DNA of 64,000 nucleotides from Chromatiales bacterium (GTDB taxonomy: Bacteria; Pseudomonadota; Gammaproteobacteria; JAHELT01): the NCBI GenBank assembly GCA_024644045.1, contig JAHELT010000005.1:8149-72148 (forward strand), in the 5' to 3' direction. Every line of letters starts with the position of its first letter. Position 1 is the first letter of the stretch. Below the pieces are notes generated by a model. The model did no database searches. It was given only the letters and a program-made list of their open reading frames with translations, and was not told the origin of the DNA. This document shows, one piece after another, positions 17,711 through 27,737 of this stretch. A program made the translations under genes and the position numbers.

Positions 17711-17956
17711 ATGACCGAGAAGTTGGACATCAGGGAATCTCACCTGCGCAGCGTGCTGAAGGCGGTCTCTTACCGCCTCATCGGTACTGTCACCACCTGG
17801 CTGCTGGCCTGGTCCGTCACCGGGGATATGGCAACGGCGCTGACCATCGGTGCGCTCGAGCCGGTGGCCAAGATGGTGATCTACTACTTCCACGAACGTG
17901 CCTGGCAACAGGTGCCGCGCGGAACGGTGCGCCGGCTGATTCACCGCCACGGTTGA
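17711..17956 (+). CDS. DUF2061 family membrane protein
   Basis: 81 aa (KAVSYRLIGTVTTWLLAWSVTGD...VIYYFHERAWQ); this pattern matches DUF2061. Confidence 0.6.
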   Translation: MTEKLDIRESHLRSVLKAVSYRLIGTVTTWLLAWSVTGDMATALTIGALEPVAKMVIYYFHERAWQQVPRGTVRRLIHRHG

Positions 17957-17962
17957 ACGCGC

Positions 17963-19612
17963 ATGCCAGCCAGCCCATACGATTACATCGTGGTCGGCGC
18001 CGGATCGGCGGGTTGCGTGCTGGCACACCGGCTGAGCGAGGATCCCGGCGTCCGCGTGCTTCTGATAGAGGCCGGCGGCGAGGACACCAACCTGCTCATC
18101 AGGATGCCGGCTGCCTGCGCCATCGCGGCGCGCGACGCCCGTTTCAGCTGGGGCTACGTCGGCGAACCCGAGCCCCGGCTCGACGGCCGCCGGATACTCG
18201 AGGCCCGCGGACGGGTGCTGGGCGGCTCGTCCTCGATCAACGGCATGGTGGCCAACCGCGGTAACCCGCGTGACTACGACGGCTGGGCCGCGGGCGGCCT
18301 CGAGCGCTGGTCCTACGCGCATTGCCTGCCCTACTTCAAAAAGATGGAAACGTTCGATCGAGGGGCCGACGACTGGCGCGGCGGCGACGGCCCGCAGCAC
18401 ATCGAAACCTGCCCGGCCGGGCATGCGCTCGACCGGGCGTTTCTCGCCGCCGGGCGCGAAGCCGGCTACGCGTTCACCGAAGACCAGAACGGCGAGCATC
18501 ACGAGGGGTTTCACGTCGCGCAGAGCTTTACCCATCGCGGACGGCGCTGGAGCACGGCCGACGGCTACCTCAGGCCCGCTCTGACACGCGCCAACCTGAC
18601 CCTGATGACGCGCACGCTGGTGCACCGTGTGGTCATGGACGGCCGGCGTGCGGTCGGCGTCGAGGTCGAACGCGAAGGCCGCATCGAACGGCTCGAAGCG
18701 GAGCGTGAAGTGCTGCTCGCCGGCGGCGCGATAAACTCGCCCCAGCTGTTGCTGCTGTCGGGCATCGGCGACCCGTCTCATCTCGCCGAGCACGGAATTG
18801 CCCTGGTTTCCAGCGTGCCCGCGGTCGGGCGCCACCTCGAAGATCACCTTATCGCGTCGATCAGGTACGCCACGCCCCGGGGCGTTTCGCCCGCACGACG
18901 CTTCAAGGGACTCGGACGCTGGCGTATCGGCCTCGAATGGTGGCTGTTCAAATCCGGGCTGGGTGCTTCCACCTTCTGCGAGACCGGTTGCTTTTTCAAG
19001 AGTTCGGACGCCGCACCCTATGCGGATCTGCAGCACGAGTTCTATCCAGTGGCCGCGCAGATGGGTGCGCCGCGAAGCAACGTCGCCGAGGGTTTCATGT
19101 TCTCGATGGGCATCATGCGTCCCGAGAGCCAGGGTCGCGTGGCGCTCAAATCAGCGGACCCGCGCGCCCATCCCTCGATCCTGTTCAACTATCTGGAAAC
19201 GCCCGGCGACCGCCGGGTAATGATCGATGGCCTGCGCCGGACGCGTGAGATGGCTGCGCAGCCGGCTTTCGACGCGCTGCGCAGGGTCGAGCTCTCGCCG
19301 GGTGCCGACGTGCGCAGCGACGCCGAGATCCTGGCATGGCTGGCCGCCGACGGCACGACCGAGTACCACCCCTGCTCTACCTGCCGCATGGGCACCGGCG
19401 ACGACGCCGTCACCGACGATGAAGGTCGCGTGCACGGTGTCGATGCGCTGCGCGTCGTTGACGCCTCGATCATGCCGCACAACGTCACGGCCAACCTGAA
19501 CGCGCCGGTGATCATGATGGCCGAGAAGCTGGCCGATGCCATTGCGGGAGAACCGGCGCTGCCGGTTGCAGTGCCGCAGTTACGAACCGTAGATGCTCAG
19601 CGGGAACCTTGA
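17963..19612 (+). CDS. GMC-family FAD oxidoreductase (choline dehydrogenase-like)
   Basis: N-terminal YDYIVVGAGSAGCVLAHRLSED FAD-binding motif and C-terminal GMC signature ...HPCSTCRMG; 549 aa. Confidence 0.9.
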   Translation: MPASPYDYIVVGAGSAGCVLAHRLSEDPGVRVLLIEAGGEDTNLLIRMPAACAIAARDARFSWGYVGEPEPRLDGRRILEARGRVLGGSSSINGMVANRGNPRDYDGWAAGGLERWSYAHCLPYFKKMETFDRGADDWRGGDGPQHIETCPAGHALDRAFLAAGREAGYAFTEDQNGEHHEGFHVAQSFTHRGRRWSTADGYLRPALTRANLTLMTRTLVHRVVMDGRRAVGVEVEREGRIERLEAEREVLLAGGAINSPQLLLLSGIGDPSHLAEHGIALVSSVPAVGRHLEDHLIASIRYATPRGVSPARRFKGLGRWRIGLEWWLFKSGLGASTFCETGCFFKSSDAAPYADLQHEFYPVAAQMGAPRSNVAEGFMFSMGIMRPESQGRVALKSADPRAHPSILFNYLETPGDRRVMIDGLRRTREMAAQPAFDALRRVELSPGADVRSDAEILAWLAADGTTEYHPCSTCRMGTGDDAVTDDEGRVHGVDALRVVDASIMPHNVTANLNAPVIMMAEKLADAIAGEPALPVAVPQLRTVDAQREP

Positions 19613-19619
19613 CGGCTCG

Positions 19620-20432
19620 CTAGACCAGCTTGTGCATGTCCTGCAACCGGGTGGTCCCGATCTCGCCGACGATTTTTGCACGCAGGCGGCGCATGCCGCC
19701 GATCCAGCGGTCGTAGTCGGCCTTGTGCAGGCGATACTCGTCGACTTCCGGGTGCGGAAGAATCAGAAAGCGCTCCTCCGCCAGACCGGCAACCACCTTG
19801 TCCGCGACCTCGCGCGGGCTGAGCAGCCCGGGCTGCCCACCGCCATCGTCACCGTCGGCGTACCCCAGCATCGGCGTTGCGACATACTGCGGGCAGATCA
19901 CCGAAACCCTGATGCCGTCATCGCCGTGCGCGATTGCGAGAGACTCGGCAAAGCCGACTGCCGCGTGCTTGGTCGCCGAGTAGGCCGCGTCGCCGATCTG
20001 ACTGAGCAACCCCGCCGCCGAGGCCATCTGCAGCAGATAGCCGCTGCCGCGTTCGAGCATTCCCGGTAACACTGCCCTGGCCGCGTAGACGTGGGCCATT
20101 ACGTTCACGTCCCAGCAGGTTTGCCACTGTGCGTTCGTCGCTGACGCGGCGCCGTCCGGCTCGCCGAAACACACGCCGGCGTTGGAGCAGAACACGTCAA
20201 TCGGCCCGAAATGCTGCTCGGTGCGCGCGACCAGGTTCTGAATGTCCGCTTCGCGGGTCACGTCGCACGCGAGCGCGAGCCCCTGAACCTGATCGGCGAC
20301 GCGTTGTGCACCCTCTTCGTTCAAGTCGGCGACGGCGACGCGGGCGCCTTCGTCGGCGAAACGCCTGGCCAGCGCCGCGCCGATACCGCTGGCGCCACCG
20401 GTTACCACGGCGGTTTTATCGTTCAGTTTCAT
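19620..20432 (-). CDS. SDR-family oxidoreductase
   Basis: TGGASGIGAALA Rossmann motif and the YSATKHA catalytic motif. Confidence 0.9.
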   Translation of the reverse strand: MKLNDKTAVVTGGASGIGAALARRFADEGARVAVADLNEEGAQRVADQVQGLALACDVTREADIQNLVARTEQHFGPIDVFCSNAGVCFGEPDGAASATNAQWQTCWDVNVMAHVYAARAVLPGMLERGSGYLLQMASAAGLLSQIGDAAYSATKHAAVGFAESLAIAHGDDGIRVSVICPQYVATPMLGYADGDDGGGQPGLLSPREVADKVVAGLAEERFLILPHPEVDEYRLHKADYDRWIGGMRRLRAKIVGEIGTTRLQDMHKLV

Positions 20433-20486
20433 GGTGCGGGTTTCTCACAGTGAAAAAGAGCGCAGTCGATTCGCCGCCAGTGTGCG

Positions 20487-21071
20487 TCAAACCGACGTGT
20501 ACTCGCCCGCCAGATACGCCTCGCGCAGCGCGAACTTCTTTATCTTGCGCGAGCCCGTCAGCGGAGCTCGTCGACCCGGCACCACACGACCGGGGTCTTC
20601 TGCGGCGACAGGCGTTCGCGGCGGTGGCGGTGCAGGGCGTGCGGATCGGCGTGCCCCGACTCCGGGCGAATGAAACACGCCCACGACGATACCCGCCAGC
20701 GCACAGGCGTACTCCAGCAGTAACCACTCCGGCGTGTTGGGTGCCCACACGGTAATCCGCTCACCGGGCTCGAACCGACTCGCCAGCGCAAGGGCCAGTT
20801 TCTCGCTGTCGGCCAACAGTTCCGCATAGCTCCAGCGGCGGGCCGTCCTGCCGTCGATGCCGACTTCGACGAGCGCAGGCGCCGCAGGGTACAGGTTGGC
20901 GATCTCGCGCAACAGACCGCCAACGGTGATCTCGCGGACGACGTCGTCCGTCTGCGCTTCGATCAGGGACTCGGCGAGATCGAGTTCGTACATGGTCTGG
21001 AGCGGACGGTGATGCTGAAAAAGGCTACTTCTTGCTGCCGGGGATCGGCTCGCCCGAATCACGCTCGGCAA
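20487..21071 (-). pseudogene. Remnant of an AMP-dependent synthetase/ligase (acyl-CoA synthetase): N- and C-terminal ends retained, ~1 kb internal deletion
   Basis: An N-terminal ~110 aa match AMP-binding enzymes (YPAAPALVEVG...RWSYAELL...ITVWAPNTPEWLLLEYACALAGIVV). The C-terminus ends ...TGSRKIKKFALRE, the typical family terminus. The gene is only 585 nt against the ~1.6 kb expected. Confidence 0.55.
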
Positions 21072-21870
21072 CGGCCCGTTTGAAGCCGACCTCCTCGGCG
21101 CGCTGCTTGAACCAGACGCCCTCGGGGCTGTGCCGGGCCATGCCGTCGAACAGCGTGGCGATGGTCTGTGTCCCGGCGAGGCCCATATTCTCGTACGCCT
21201 GATTGACCAGCAGCTTCATCATCATGAGCTGGTTCTTCGGCACCCCCTTGATCCGCGCAGTCAGCGCATCCACCGCCTGATCGAGCGCTGCCGGCGCTAC
21301 CGCCTCGAGCACCAGGCCGATTTCCGCGGCGCGCCTGCCGGTGATCAGATCTCCCGTGAACAGCATGTGCTTGGCTTTCTCCGCCCCCAGGCGGTACACC
21401 CACATGGCGGTGGTCGGGCAGCCCCACACACGCGCGGGCGGGTAACCGATTCGCGCATCTTGATTCATCACGATCAGATCGGCGCACAGCGCGATATCGC
21501 TGCCACCGGCAACGGCGTCGCCGTTGACCCGGGCAATGACCGGCTTGTGGCAGCGCCAGATCGCCATGAACTTTTCCGTGCAGCGGCTCATGAACCGGTA
21601 GTCCAGCATGGGGTCCCAGGGCATGTCCTGGATCGCCGGGTTGGTGCCCGACTGTTCCGCATAGGTGTTGAGATCGTAACCGCCGCAGAAACCCTTGCCG
21701 GCACCCGTCAGGACCACCACATGCACGGAATCGTCGGCGTTGGCCTGCGCGAAGGCGGCGGCAATGTCGTCCGGCATGCTTTCGCTGATCGCGTTGTAGC
21801 GTTCGGGGCGATTCAGGGTAATGGTCGCAACCCGCGCCCGCGCCTCATACAGTACGTCCCCGAACTTCAT
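21025..21870 (-). CDS. Enoyl-CoA hydratase/isomerase (crotonase) family protein
   Basis: Start at MKFGDVLYEARARVATITLNRPE with RBS GGGAGA. The oxyanion-hole region is GAGKGFCGGYDL. Confidence 0.85.
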   Translation of the reverse strand: MKFGDVLYEARARVATITLNRPERYNAISESMPDDIAAAFAQANADDSVHVVVLTGAGKGFCGGYDLNTYAEQSGTNPAIQDMPWDPMLDYRFMSRCTEKFMAIWRCHKPVIARVNGDAVAGGSDIALCADLIVMNQDARIGYPPARVWGCPTTAMWVYRLGAEKAKHMLFTGDLITGRRAAEIGLVLEAVAPAALDQAVDALTARIKGVPKNQLMMMKLLVNQAYENMGLAGTQTIATLFDGMARHSPEGVWFKQRAEEVGFKRAVAERDSGEPIPGSKK

Positions 21871-22092
21871 GATTCTCTCCCGCGACCAGGCGGCGGCAGC
21901 AATGTAAACATCAACACGGCGATGGTGACAAGTGTCCCCGCCGCTGCCGGCCCTTACGAGCGCAGCCTCGAGACCAGGGACGAGGGCAGCAACGAGTACC
22001 GGCGCGTCGAGCGTCGGCACGGGGCCTCTACCGGCGCTTCGGCCTGGCCGACACGGTCAGGTCGATGCCGGGAAGATTACACGTTGCGCCGC

Positions 22093-22500
22093 TCAGGCCG
22101 CTCGGTCGCAGGCGTCCGATGCTTCGCGGTCATTGCGGCTGCGGATATCGACGAGGCCGTGCTCGCCGGCGGGCACCCGCGATGCCGCTCGCTCGCTCGC
22201 GCTCTTCACGAACGCAGCGATCTGCGCGCGGCAGGTGATACCGATGTCGCGCAGAGCGCGGTCATCGAGCGCCTCGAGCTCTGCGATCGCCTGCGCATCT
22301 CTGCGCGCGCGCCGCCACCGGAGCAGCAGCCGGAAGACGGCGGTCCGTGCCCGGAAGAACGCCGCGCGCGGCGCAGCGCGAAGGTGTTGAACCCCTGCAT
22401 AAACGGGACCGCGGACGGAACGGTTGACCTCGTCGTTGGCGGCCGTCTGACTATGCGGGAAGTCTTTGCCCACAAACGCTTTTGAGTCGCCAGATGCCAT
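22093..22500 (-). CDS. DUF1127-domain protein (extended, 135 aa)
   Basis: Carries LEALDDRALRDIGITCRAQIAAFV, which is the DUF1127 core. RBS GGAGG N8 ATG. Confidence 0.55.
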   Translation of the reverse strand: MASGDSKAFVGKDFPHSQTAANDEVNRSVRGPVYAGVQHLRAAPRAAFFRARTAVFRLLLRWRRARRDAQAIAELEALDDRALRDIGITCRAQIAAFVKSASERAASRVPAGEHGLVDIRSRNDREASDACDRAA

Positions 22501-22633
22501 GACCAGAACCTCCTTGCTACGCTATGACTCGACGCAGTTCCTCGTGCAATGAGACGAACTCGGTAAGGGCGGATCGCGAAAGTTCAAGACCTGATCAAAG
22601 CACACGCGCAACGCTCGAGCTGGACGGAAGCTT

Positions 22634-24058
22634 TCACGCATTCACCGCTGCGGTCTGCTGCGCCACAGCCCCGCTGCTCTGCTCGGGCAATACGGTCTCC
22701 TGCAGAAAAACCCACTCGATGCGCTCGCCATCCGGAACCTGTCTCAGTAGGGCGGTGCTGATCCGGGCGCGTCCGGGCTCACCCCGGTGCGACTCGCGGT
22801 AGCTGGCAAGGTACATACGACTGCCCAACGGACGCAGCGAAAGATCGCTGATCTGGAGTGCGTAACCGTCGGGCCTGGTGGCGTACGCCGCGGCGAAGTT
22901 CTGCACAACACCAGGCTTGTCTTCACGTACACCGCTGGGGTGCACGACCGTGAAGTCCTCCGCGAGCGCCTCTCGCAGCCGCCAGGGCCCCGCCCCGTTG
23001 TCCTTCACGCTTCCTTTCAACCAGCCCTCCAGAAAAGCGTGCAGGTCCAGGACTTCCCGTCGGAACGCCTCGCTTGGGGCCCCCGCAGCGCCTGCTGCGA
23101 CGATTCGGTCAGTCCTGTAGTCCACCGCAGGTCCCGACGCCACGATGGTGGGGTCGATCTCGCCGAGCGCGTCGTAGTAGTGCGCCTTGATGTGCTTGAA
23201 GCGAACCGTCTCCGCAACGCCCGGGATTTCGTGCAGACGCCGCGCGTAGGCGCTGAGCGCAGGATAGTCGATCAGTCGCCGCAGGTTGCATTTCAGCGCA
23301 CCGACATAGACTGCATCGAACCGGCAAAGCGTCGGAAACAGATGCCAGTCGCTCTCCGTCACCCTGTTCCCCAGCAGGTACGGCTGGCGCGCGAGACGCG
23401 CCTCCAGCTCGTCGAGGGATTCGAACAGCGTACGCACCGCGCGCTCGTGCGCCGCCTGGCTGTCCGCAAAGCCGGCCCGGTACACGCCCTGGCAGACAGC
23501 CGGGATCAGCCACGCGTTCAGCCCGTCGATTGCCGGGCGCATCGCGCGCGGATAGAAGTCGACCGACGCATCGCCCCACGCGTCGAAGGCCGAGTTGAGC
23601 ATGCGCATGATCTCGCGCGACTCGTTGTTGACGATGGTTTCGCGCTGGCGATCCCACAGCACCGGCACAGTGACCCTGCCCGTGTAGTCGGGGAGAGCAG
23701 CGCGGTACACGTCGTAGAGGAACCGGCGCCCCCCGGCGTGATCGACGGTGCTCAGGTCGCTGTCGGCGAAGCGCCAGCCGCCGGGACCGGCCCAGCGCGG
23801 GTGCAACACCGACAGCGACATGGCGTTCTCCAGGCGCTTCAAGCGGCGGTAGAGAATCGTGCGGTGCGCCCACGGGCAGGCATAGCTGACATACAGATGA
23901 TAGCGCCCCCGCTTCGCCGCGAAGCCCGAGGAACCGTCGGCCGTCACGCGATCGTGGAATCCGTTGGTTGAGCTGTTCGCGAGCGCGCTGCGGACAGCCG
24001 GCGTATAGGCCAGGCTGTCATGCCAGACACCCTCGATAAGCGCTTTGATCTTAAGCAC
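22634..24058 (-). CDS. Xi-class glutathione transferase / glutathionyl-hydroquinone reductase (YqjG-like) with ~150-aa C-terminal NTF2/SnoaL-like extension
   Basis: LIEGVWHD...RYHLYVSYACPWAHRTILYRRLKRLE is the YqjG signature. Start is GTG (VLKIK...) with RBS GGAG. The C-terminal extension has no counterpart in canonical ~330-aa YqjG. Confidence 0.75.
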   Translation of the reverse strand: MLKIKALIEGVWHDSLAYTPAVRSALANSSTNGFHDRVTADGSSGFAAKRGRYHLYVSYACPWAHRTILYRRLKRLENAMSLSVLHPRWAGPGGWRFADSDLSTVDHAGGRRFLYDVYRAALPDYTGRVTVPVLWDRQRETIVNNESREIMRMLNSAFDAWGDASVDFYPRAMRPAIDGLNAWLIPAVCQGVYRAGFADSQAAHERAVRTLFESLDELEARLARQPYLLGNRVTESDWHLFPTLCRFDAVYVGALKCNLRRLIDYPALSAYARRLHEIPGVAETVRFKHIKAHYYDALGEIDPTIVASGPAVDYRTDRIVAAGAAGAPSEAFRREVLDLHAFLEGWLKGSVKDNGAGPWRLREALAEDFTVVHPSGVREDKPGVVQNFAAAYATRPDGYALQISDLSLRPLGSRMYLASYRESHRGEPGRARISTALLRQVPDGERIEWVFLQETVLPEQSSGAVAQQTAAVNA

Positions 24059-24728
24059 GCTGCACTCCGGGGTCACCCGTGGCACCGGTATACTCGGCTT
24101 CGTTGGCGGCACCGGTCCCGGCGACCGCCAGACCCTCGGCGCGCATCGCCTCACGCACCGCGGGGCGCGCCGCGATCCGTTCCATGTAGCGCTGCACGTT
24201 CCGCCACGGCGCCAGATCAATGTCGAACAGATGCGTCCAGTTGATGATCGCGAACGCGTAGCTGTCGGCCACGCTGAAGCGGTTGTCGAGCAGATAGTCC
24301 TGCTCGGCCAGATGGCGCTCCAGGTAGTCGAGCTTCGTCGCGACGGTCTGCTTGACGATCGCTTCCCAGCCTGCCGGCAGGTCCGGGCGGAACAGCGTGC
24401 CCAGGCTCTTGTGCAGCTCCGCGGTGACGAAGTTCAGCCACTCCTGCAGTCGGTAACGTGCGAGCGTGCCGGGCGCCGGCGCCAGGTCCGCTTCCGGATG
24501 ACGATCGGCGAGGTACTGGACGATCGCCGGAACCTCGGTCAGTACACTGCCGTCGTCGAGCACGAGGGCCGGTACCTGACCTTTCAGATTGACGGCGGTG
24601 AAATCGGCACCGTCCGTGGTTTTCCTGGTGGCGAGATCCACCTGGTTCAATTCGAAGCTCAGCTGCGCCTCGCGCAGCACGATATGCGGTGCCAGCGAGC
24701 ATGCGCCTGGAGTGAAGTAGAGTTCCAT
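24051..24728 (-). CDS. Glutathione S-transferase (beta-class-like)
   Basis: MELYFTPGACSLAPHIVLREA... with RBS AAGGAG. The longer ORF-track start was rejected. Confidence 0.85.
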   Translation of the reverse strand: MELYFTPGACSLAPHIVLREAQLSFELNQVDLATRKTTDGADFTAVNLKGQVPALVLDDGSVLTEVPAIVQYLADRHPEADLAPAPGTLARYRLQEWLNFVTAELHKSLGTLFRPDLPAGWEAIVKQTVATKLDYLERHLAEQDYLLDNRFSVADSYAFAIINWTHLFDIDLAPWRNVQRYMERIAARPAVREAMRAEGLAVAGTGAANEAEYTGATGDPGVQRA

Positions 24729-24878
24729 GTAGGGCTCCTTTCGATGTTGCCTGATGAGAGCATGATCGGGACCGTCTGCGAGGGTGCCCGCGTCGGCGTC
24801 CCGGGCTGCTGGAGTGGCAAGATAGTCTATGCGTACATGCAATGGAATTAGCTGAATCTGCAAACTAAACTTGCATAT

Positions 24879-25793
24879 ATGCAAGACTGGAACGATCTGC
24901 GGTACTTTCTCGCCATCGCCCGCGCCGGCAGCCTCGCCGGCGCGGCGCGTGCCCTGCGGGTCAACCATTCGACAGTGTTCCGGCGCCTCAATGCACTCGA
25001 GTCGGCCGCCGGCGTTCGTCTGTTCGAACGGCTACCGCAGGGGTACGAGCTGACCGAGGCGGGCGAGGAGATGTTCTCGAGCGCGGCCCAGGTACATGAG
25101 CTGATGGACGCGCTGGAGCGACGCCTCGTCGGCCGCGATTACCGCCTGGGTGGCACCATCCGGCTCACCACGACTGACACGCTCGCGGCGCACTTCCTCC
25201 ACCCTCACCTCCAGCGGTTTCGCGCACGCTACCCCGGTATCGTCCTGGAGCTGGTGACCGACAATGTGTTGTTCGATCTTTCGAAGCGCGAGGCGGACGT
25301 GGCGCTGCGCCCAGCCGACAACCCGCCCCCGCATCTGGTGGGGCGCGATCTTGCGCGCGTCGCCTGGGCGGTCTACGGGTCACCGGATTACCTCGGTGGA
25401 CGGCAAACGCTGCGCGGCTCGGCGGACCTGGCCGGGCATTCGATCATCGCCGGCGACGACGGCCTGGCATCGGTGCCCGCCGTGCGCTGGCTGCGCGCCC
25501 AGGTGCCGGATCAGGCGATCGTCTACCGTGCCAGCAGCTTTTCCGCGCAGCTGGCCGCGGCAAGGTTCGGGATTGGACTGGCGCTGTTACCCTGCGTGCT
25601 GGGTGACCCGACGCCCGATGTCGAGCGGGTGCTCGGGCCGATCGAAGCGCTCACTACGGGCTTGTGGCTGTTGACGCACGCAGACCTGCGTGACACCGCG
25701 CGCATCCGCGCGTTCATGACCTTCATGACCGATGCAATTCGCAGCGACGAGGCATTGCTTGCGGGGCGTGCGGGGCGCGCACTGCGGCAGTAG
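24879..25793 (+). CDS. LysR-family transcriptional regulator
   Basis: MQDWNDLRYFLAIARAGSLAGAARALRVNHSTVFRRL HTH region. Divergent from the GST gene. Confidence 0.9.
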   Translation: MQDWNDLRYFLAIARAGSLAGAARALRVNHSTVFRRLNALESAAGVRLFERLPQGYELTEAGEEMFSSAAQVHELMDALERRLVGRDYRLGGTIRLTTTDTLAAHFLHPHLQRFRARYPGIVLELVTDNVLFDLSKREADVALRPADNPPPHLVGRDLARVAWAVYGSPDYLGGRQTLRGSADLAGHSIIAGDDGLASVPAVRWLRAQVPDQAIVYRASSFSAQLAAARFGIGLALLPCVLGDPTPDVERVLGPIEALTTGLWLLTHADLRDTARIRAFMTFMTDAIRSDEALLAGRAGRALRQ

Positions 25794-25846
25794 CCGGAAA
25801 TTAGCTAAGCTACGCTCAAGCGCAGTTTGTCCGGCGGGGAAAGAGC

Positions 25847-26611
25847 ATGAAACGTGCAGTGGTAACTGCAGGCGCATCGGGCATCGGCAGGGCGATGGCC
25901 GAGGCATTCGCCGCCAGCGGTTACGCGGTCGCGGTATGCGACATAGACGAACCGGCGCTCGACGCCTTCAAGAAAGCGCACCCCGACATGCTGGCGCTGA
26001 ACGCCGATGTATCCCGGGAGAACGAGGTGGAGGGGTTCTTCGATGCGCTGGAGGCAAAGTGGGGAGACGGGCCTGACGTGCTCTGTGCGAACGCCGGCAC
26101 TGCCGGGCAGCATGGCGCCATCGACGAGCTGGACGCCACCGCCTGGCGAACGTGTTTCGCTGTCAACGTCGAGGGCGCCTTCCTGTGCGCCCGCCGTGCG
26201 GCGCGCACTATGAAACCCAAAGGCCGGGGCCTGATCGTCTTCACCTCCTCCTCCGCCGGGCTGATGGGCTATGCGCGGCGTACGCCCTACGCCGCGGCAA
26301 AGTGGGCGGTAATCGGAATGATGAAAAGCCTGACCATCGAGCTCGGCCCACTCGGCATCCGGGTCAATGCGCTGTGTCCCGGCACGGTCGTCGGCGAGCG
26401 CATGGAGCGGGTGATCCGCGACGAAGCGAAAACCTACGGCATCCCGGAGACGGAGGCGCGCAAGCTCTACTCGGAGGGGATTTCACTGCGCACCTGGATC
26501 GAGCCGGAGGAAATCGCCGCCATGGCAGTGTATCTGGACAGCCCCATGGGCAGAAAGATCACCGGCCAGGCGCTGTCGATCGACGGCCATACCGAAGCCC
26601 TGTCGCGTTGA
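25847..26611 (+). CDS. SDR-family oxidoreductase
   Basis: TAGASGIGRAMA motif and YAAAKWA catalytic motif. Confidence 0.9.
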   Translation: MKRAVVTAGASGIGRAMAEAFAASGYAVAVCDIDEPALDAFKKAHPDMLALNADVSRENEVEGFFDALEAKWGDGPDVLCANAGTAGQHGAIDELDATAWRTCFAVNVEGAFLCARRAARTMKPKGRGLIVFTSSSAGLMGYARRTPYAAAKWAVIGMMKSLTIELGPLGIRVNALCPGTVVGERMERVIRDEAKTYGIPETEARKLYSEGISLRTWIEPEEIAAMAVYLDSPMGRKITGQALSIDGHTEALSR

Positions 26612-26688
26612 GGAAACCCGCTGCTGCGGGTGCGGCGTACGCGGCCATCCGCTGGACTCCTTCGGGGCCGGACGCCCGCACTCGCGTC

Positions 26689-27624
26689 TCAATACCCGAG
26701 CGTGCGATCGACCTCATGCAGCAGGGCTTGCCCGGCCGTCAGGCGGCGGTAGTTCTCAGCGACATCGTCGAACCCGCCGTCCAGATGCCAGCCCGCCACG
26801 TGCGGCGTTATCGTGACGCGGGGGTGGCGCCATAGTGGATGACCCGCCGGCAGGGGCTCCTGTGCAACCACGTCGAGCACCGCGCCGCCGAGTGCGCCGC
26901 TGTCGAGTGCCTCGATCAACGCCTCTTCGACAATCAGATCGCCCCGTCCGACGTTGATCAGAACCGCACCCGGTTTGATGCTTGCGATCAGCTCTGTATC
27001 GAACAGGTGTCGCGTGTGCGGCGTCGCCGGAAGAATGGCGACCACATAGTTGCACGCGGCCAGCAGATCAGGCAGCGCATCCGCGCCGGCCCGGCAGTCG
27101 ACACCGTCGATCACGTGCGGCGAGCGACTCCAGCCGAGGACCTCGAAGCCCAGCTTCGCGAAAAGCCGCGCCGTCCACCCGCCGATATGGCCGAGGCCGA
27201 GCACGCCGACGGTGGACCGGTCGGTCCGCCGTGGCGCAACCGGGTTCCACGTGCCGGCGGCGGCAGCCGCTTCGTGCAGTCCCATGTTGCGCTGATGGCG
27301 CAGCACGTAGGCCAGGCAGTACTCGGCAATCTCGCGCGCCTGGATGTCGGGGGCGAGTCGCGCGAGGCGCAGGTGCGGGGGCAGGTCCGGGGCGCGCACG
27401 ATTTTCTCCACCCCGGCGCCGAGCTTCTGCACCAGCGCCAGGCTCGGCAGGAGAGACAGCACGTCCGCGCGAAATTCCGCGGTTGCCAGCATGATTACAT
27501 CGGGTCTGGGCTTGTCGGGGCGACCGCAATAGATCGTGGTATCCGGCAACAGCGGCGCGAGCACCTCGCGTAACGCTTCGTCGGTCATCCAATGCGGCAG
27601 ACCGGTGTCGATGAGTAAGGCCAT
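26689..27624 (-). CDS. D-isomer-specific 2-hydroxyacid dehydrogenase (glyoxylate/hydroxypyruvate reductase-like)
   Basis: GVLGLGHIGGWTA NAD-binding motif and the ...RGDLIVEEAL...HVAG catalytic His region. Confidence 0.85.
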   Translation of the reverse strand: MALLIDTGLPHWMTDEALREVLAPLLPDTTIYCGRPDKPRPDVIMLATAEFRADVLSLLPSLALVQKLGAGVEKIVRAPDLPPHLRLARLAPDIQAREIAEYCLAYVLRHQRNMGLHEAAAAAGTWNPVAPRRTDRSTVGVLGLGHIGGWTARLFAKLGFEVLGWSRSPHVIDGVDCRAGADALPDLLAACNYVVAILPATPHTRHLFDTELIASIKPGAVLINVGRGDLIVEEALIEALDSGALGGAVLDVVAQEPLPAGHPLWRHPRVTITPHVAGWHLDGGFDDVAENYRRLTAGQALLHEVDRTLGY

Positions 27625-27737
27625 GCTTCACCTGGAGGCGGCGCACCTGCGCCGATTATATCGGACAAGAAATGGGGACAGTCCCCGCTGGCAGCAAACG
27701 GGTAGTCGCCTTGCTGAGGACTCCCACCACATCGATC

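Noticed and set aside
17117-19036. 639-aa minus-strand ORF
   Set aside because: Only the C-terminal 156 aa (the YbaK deacylase, with its own RBS at 17587) are real. The rest is an antisense shadow of the plus-strand GMC oxidoreductase in high-GC DNA.
20558-20923. 121-aa minus ORF overlapping the AMP-ligase remnant
   Set aside because: Alternative frame of the same remnant; Arg/Cys/Trp-rich nonsense composition.
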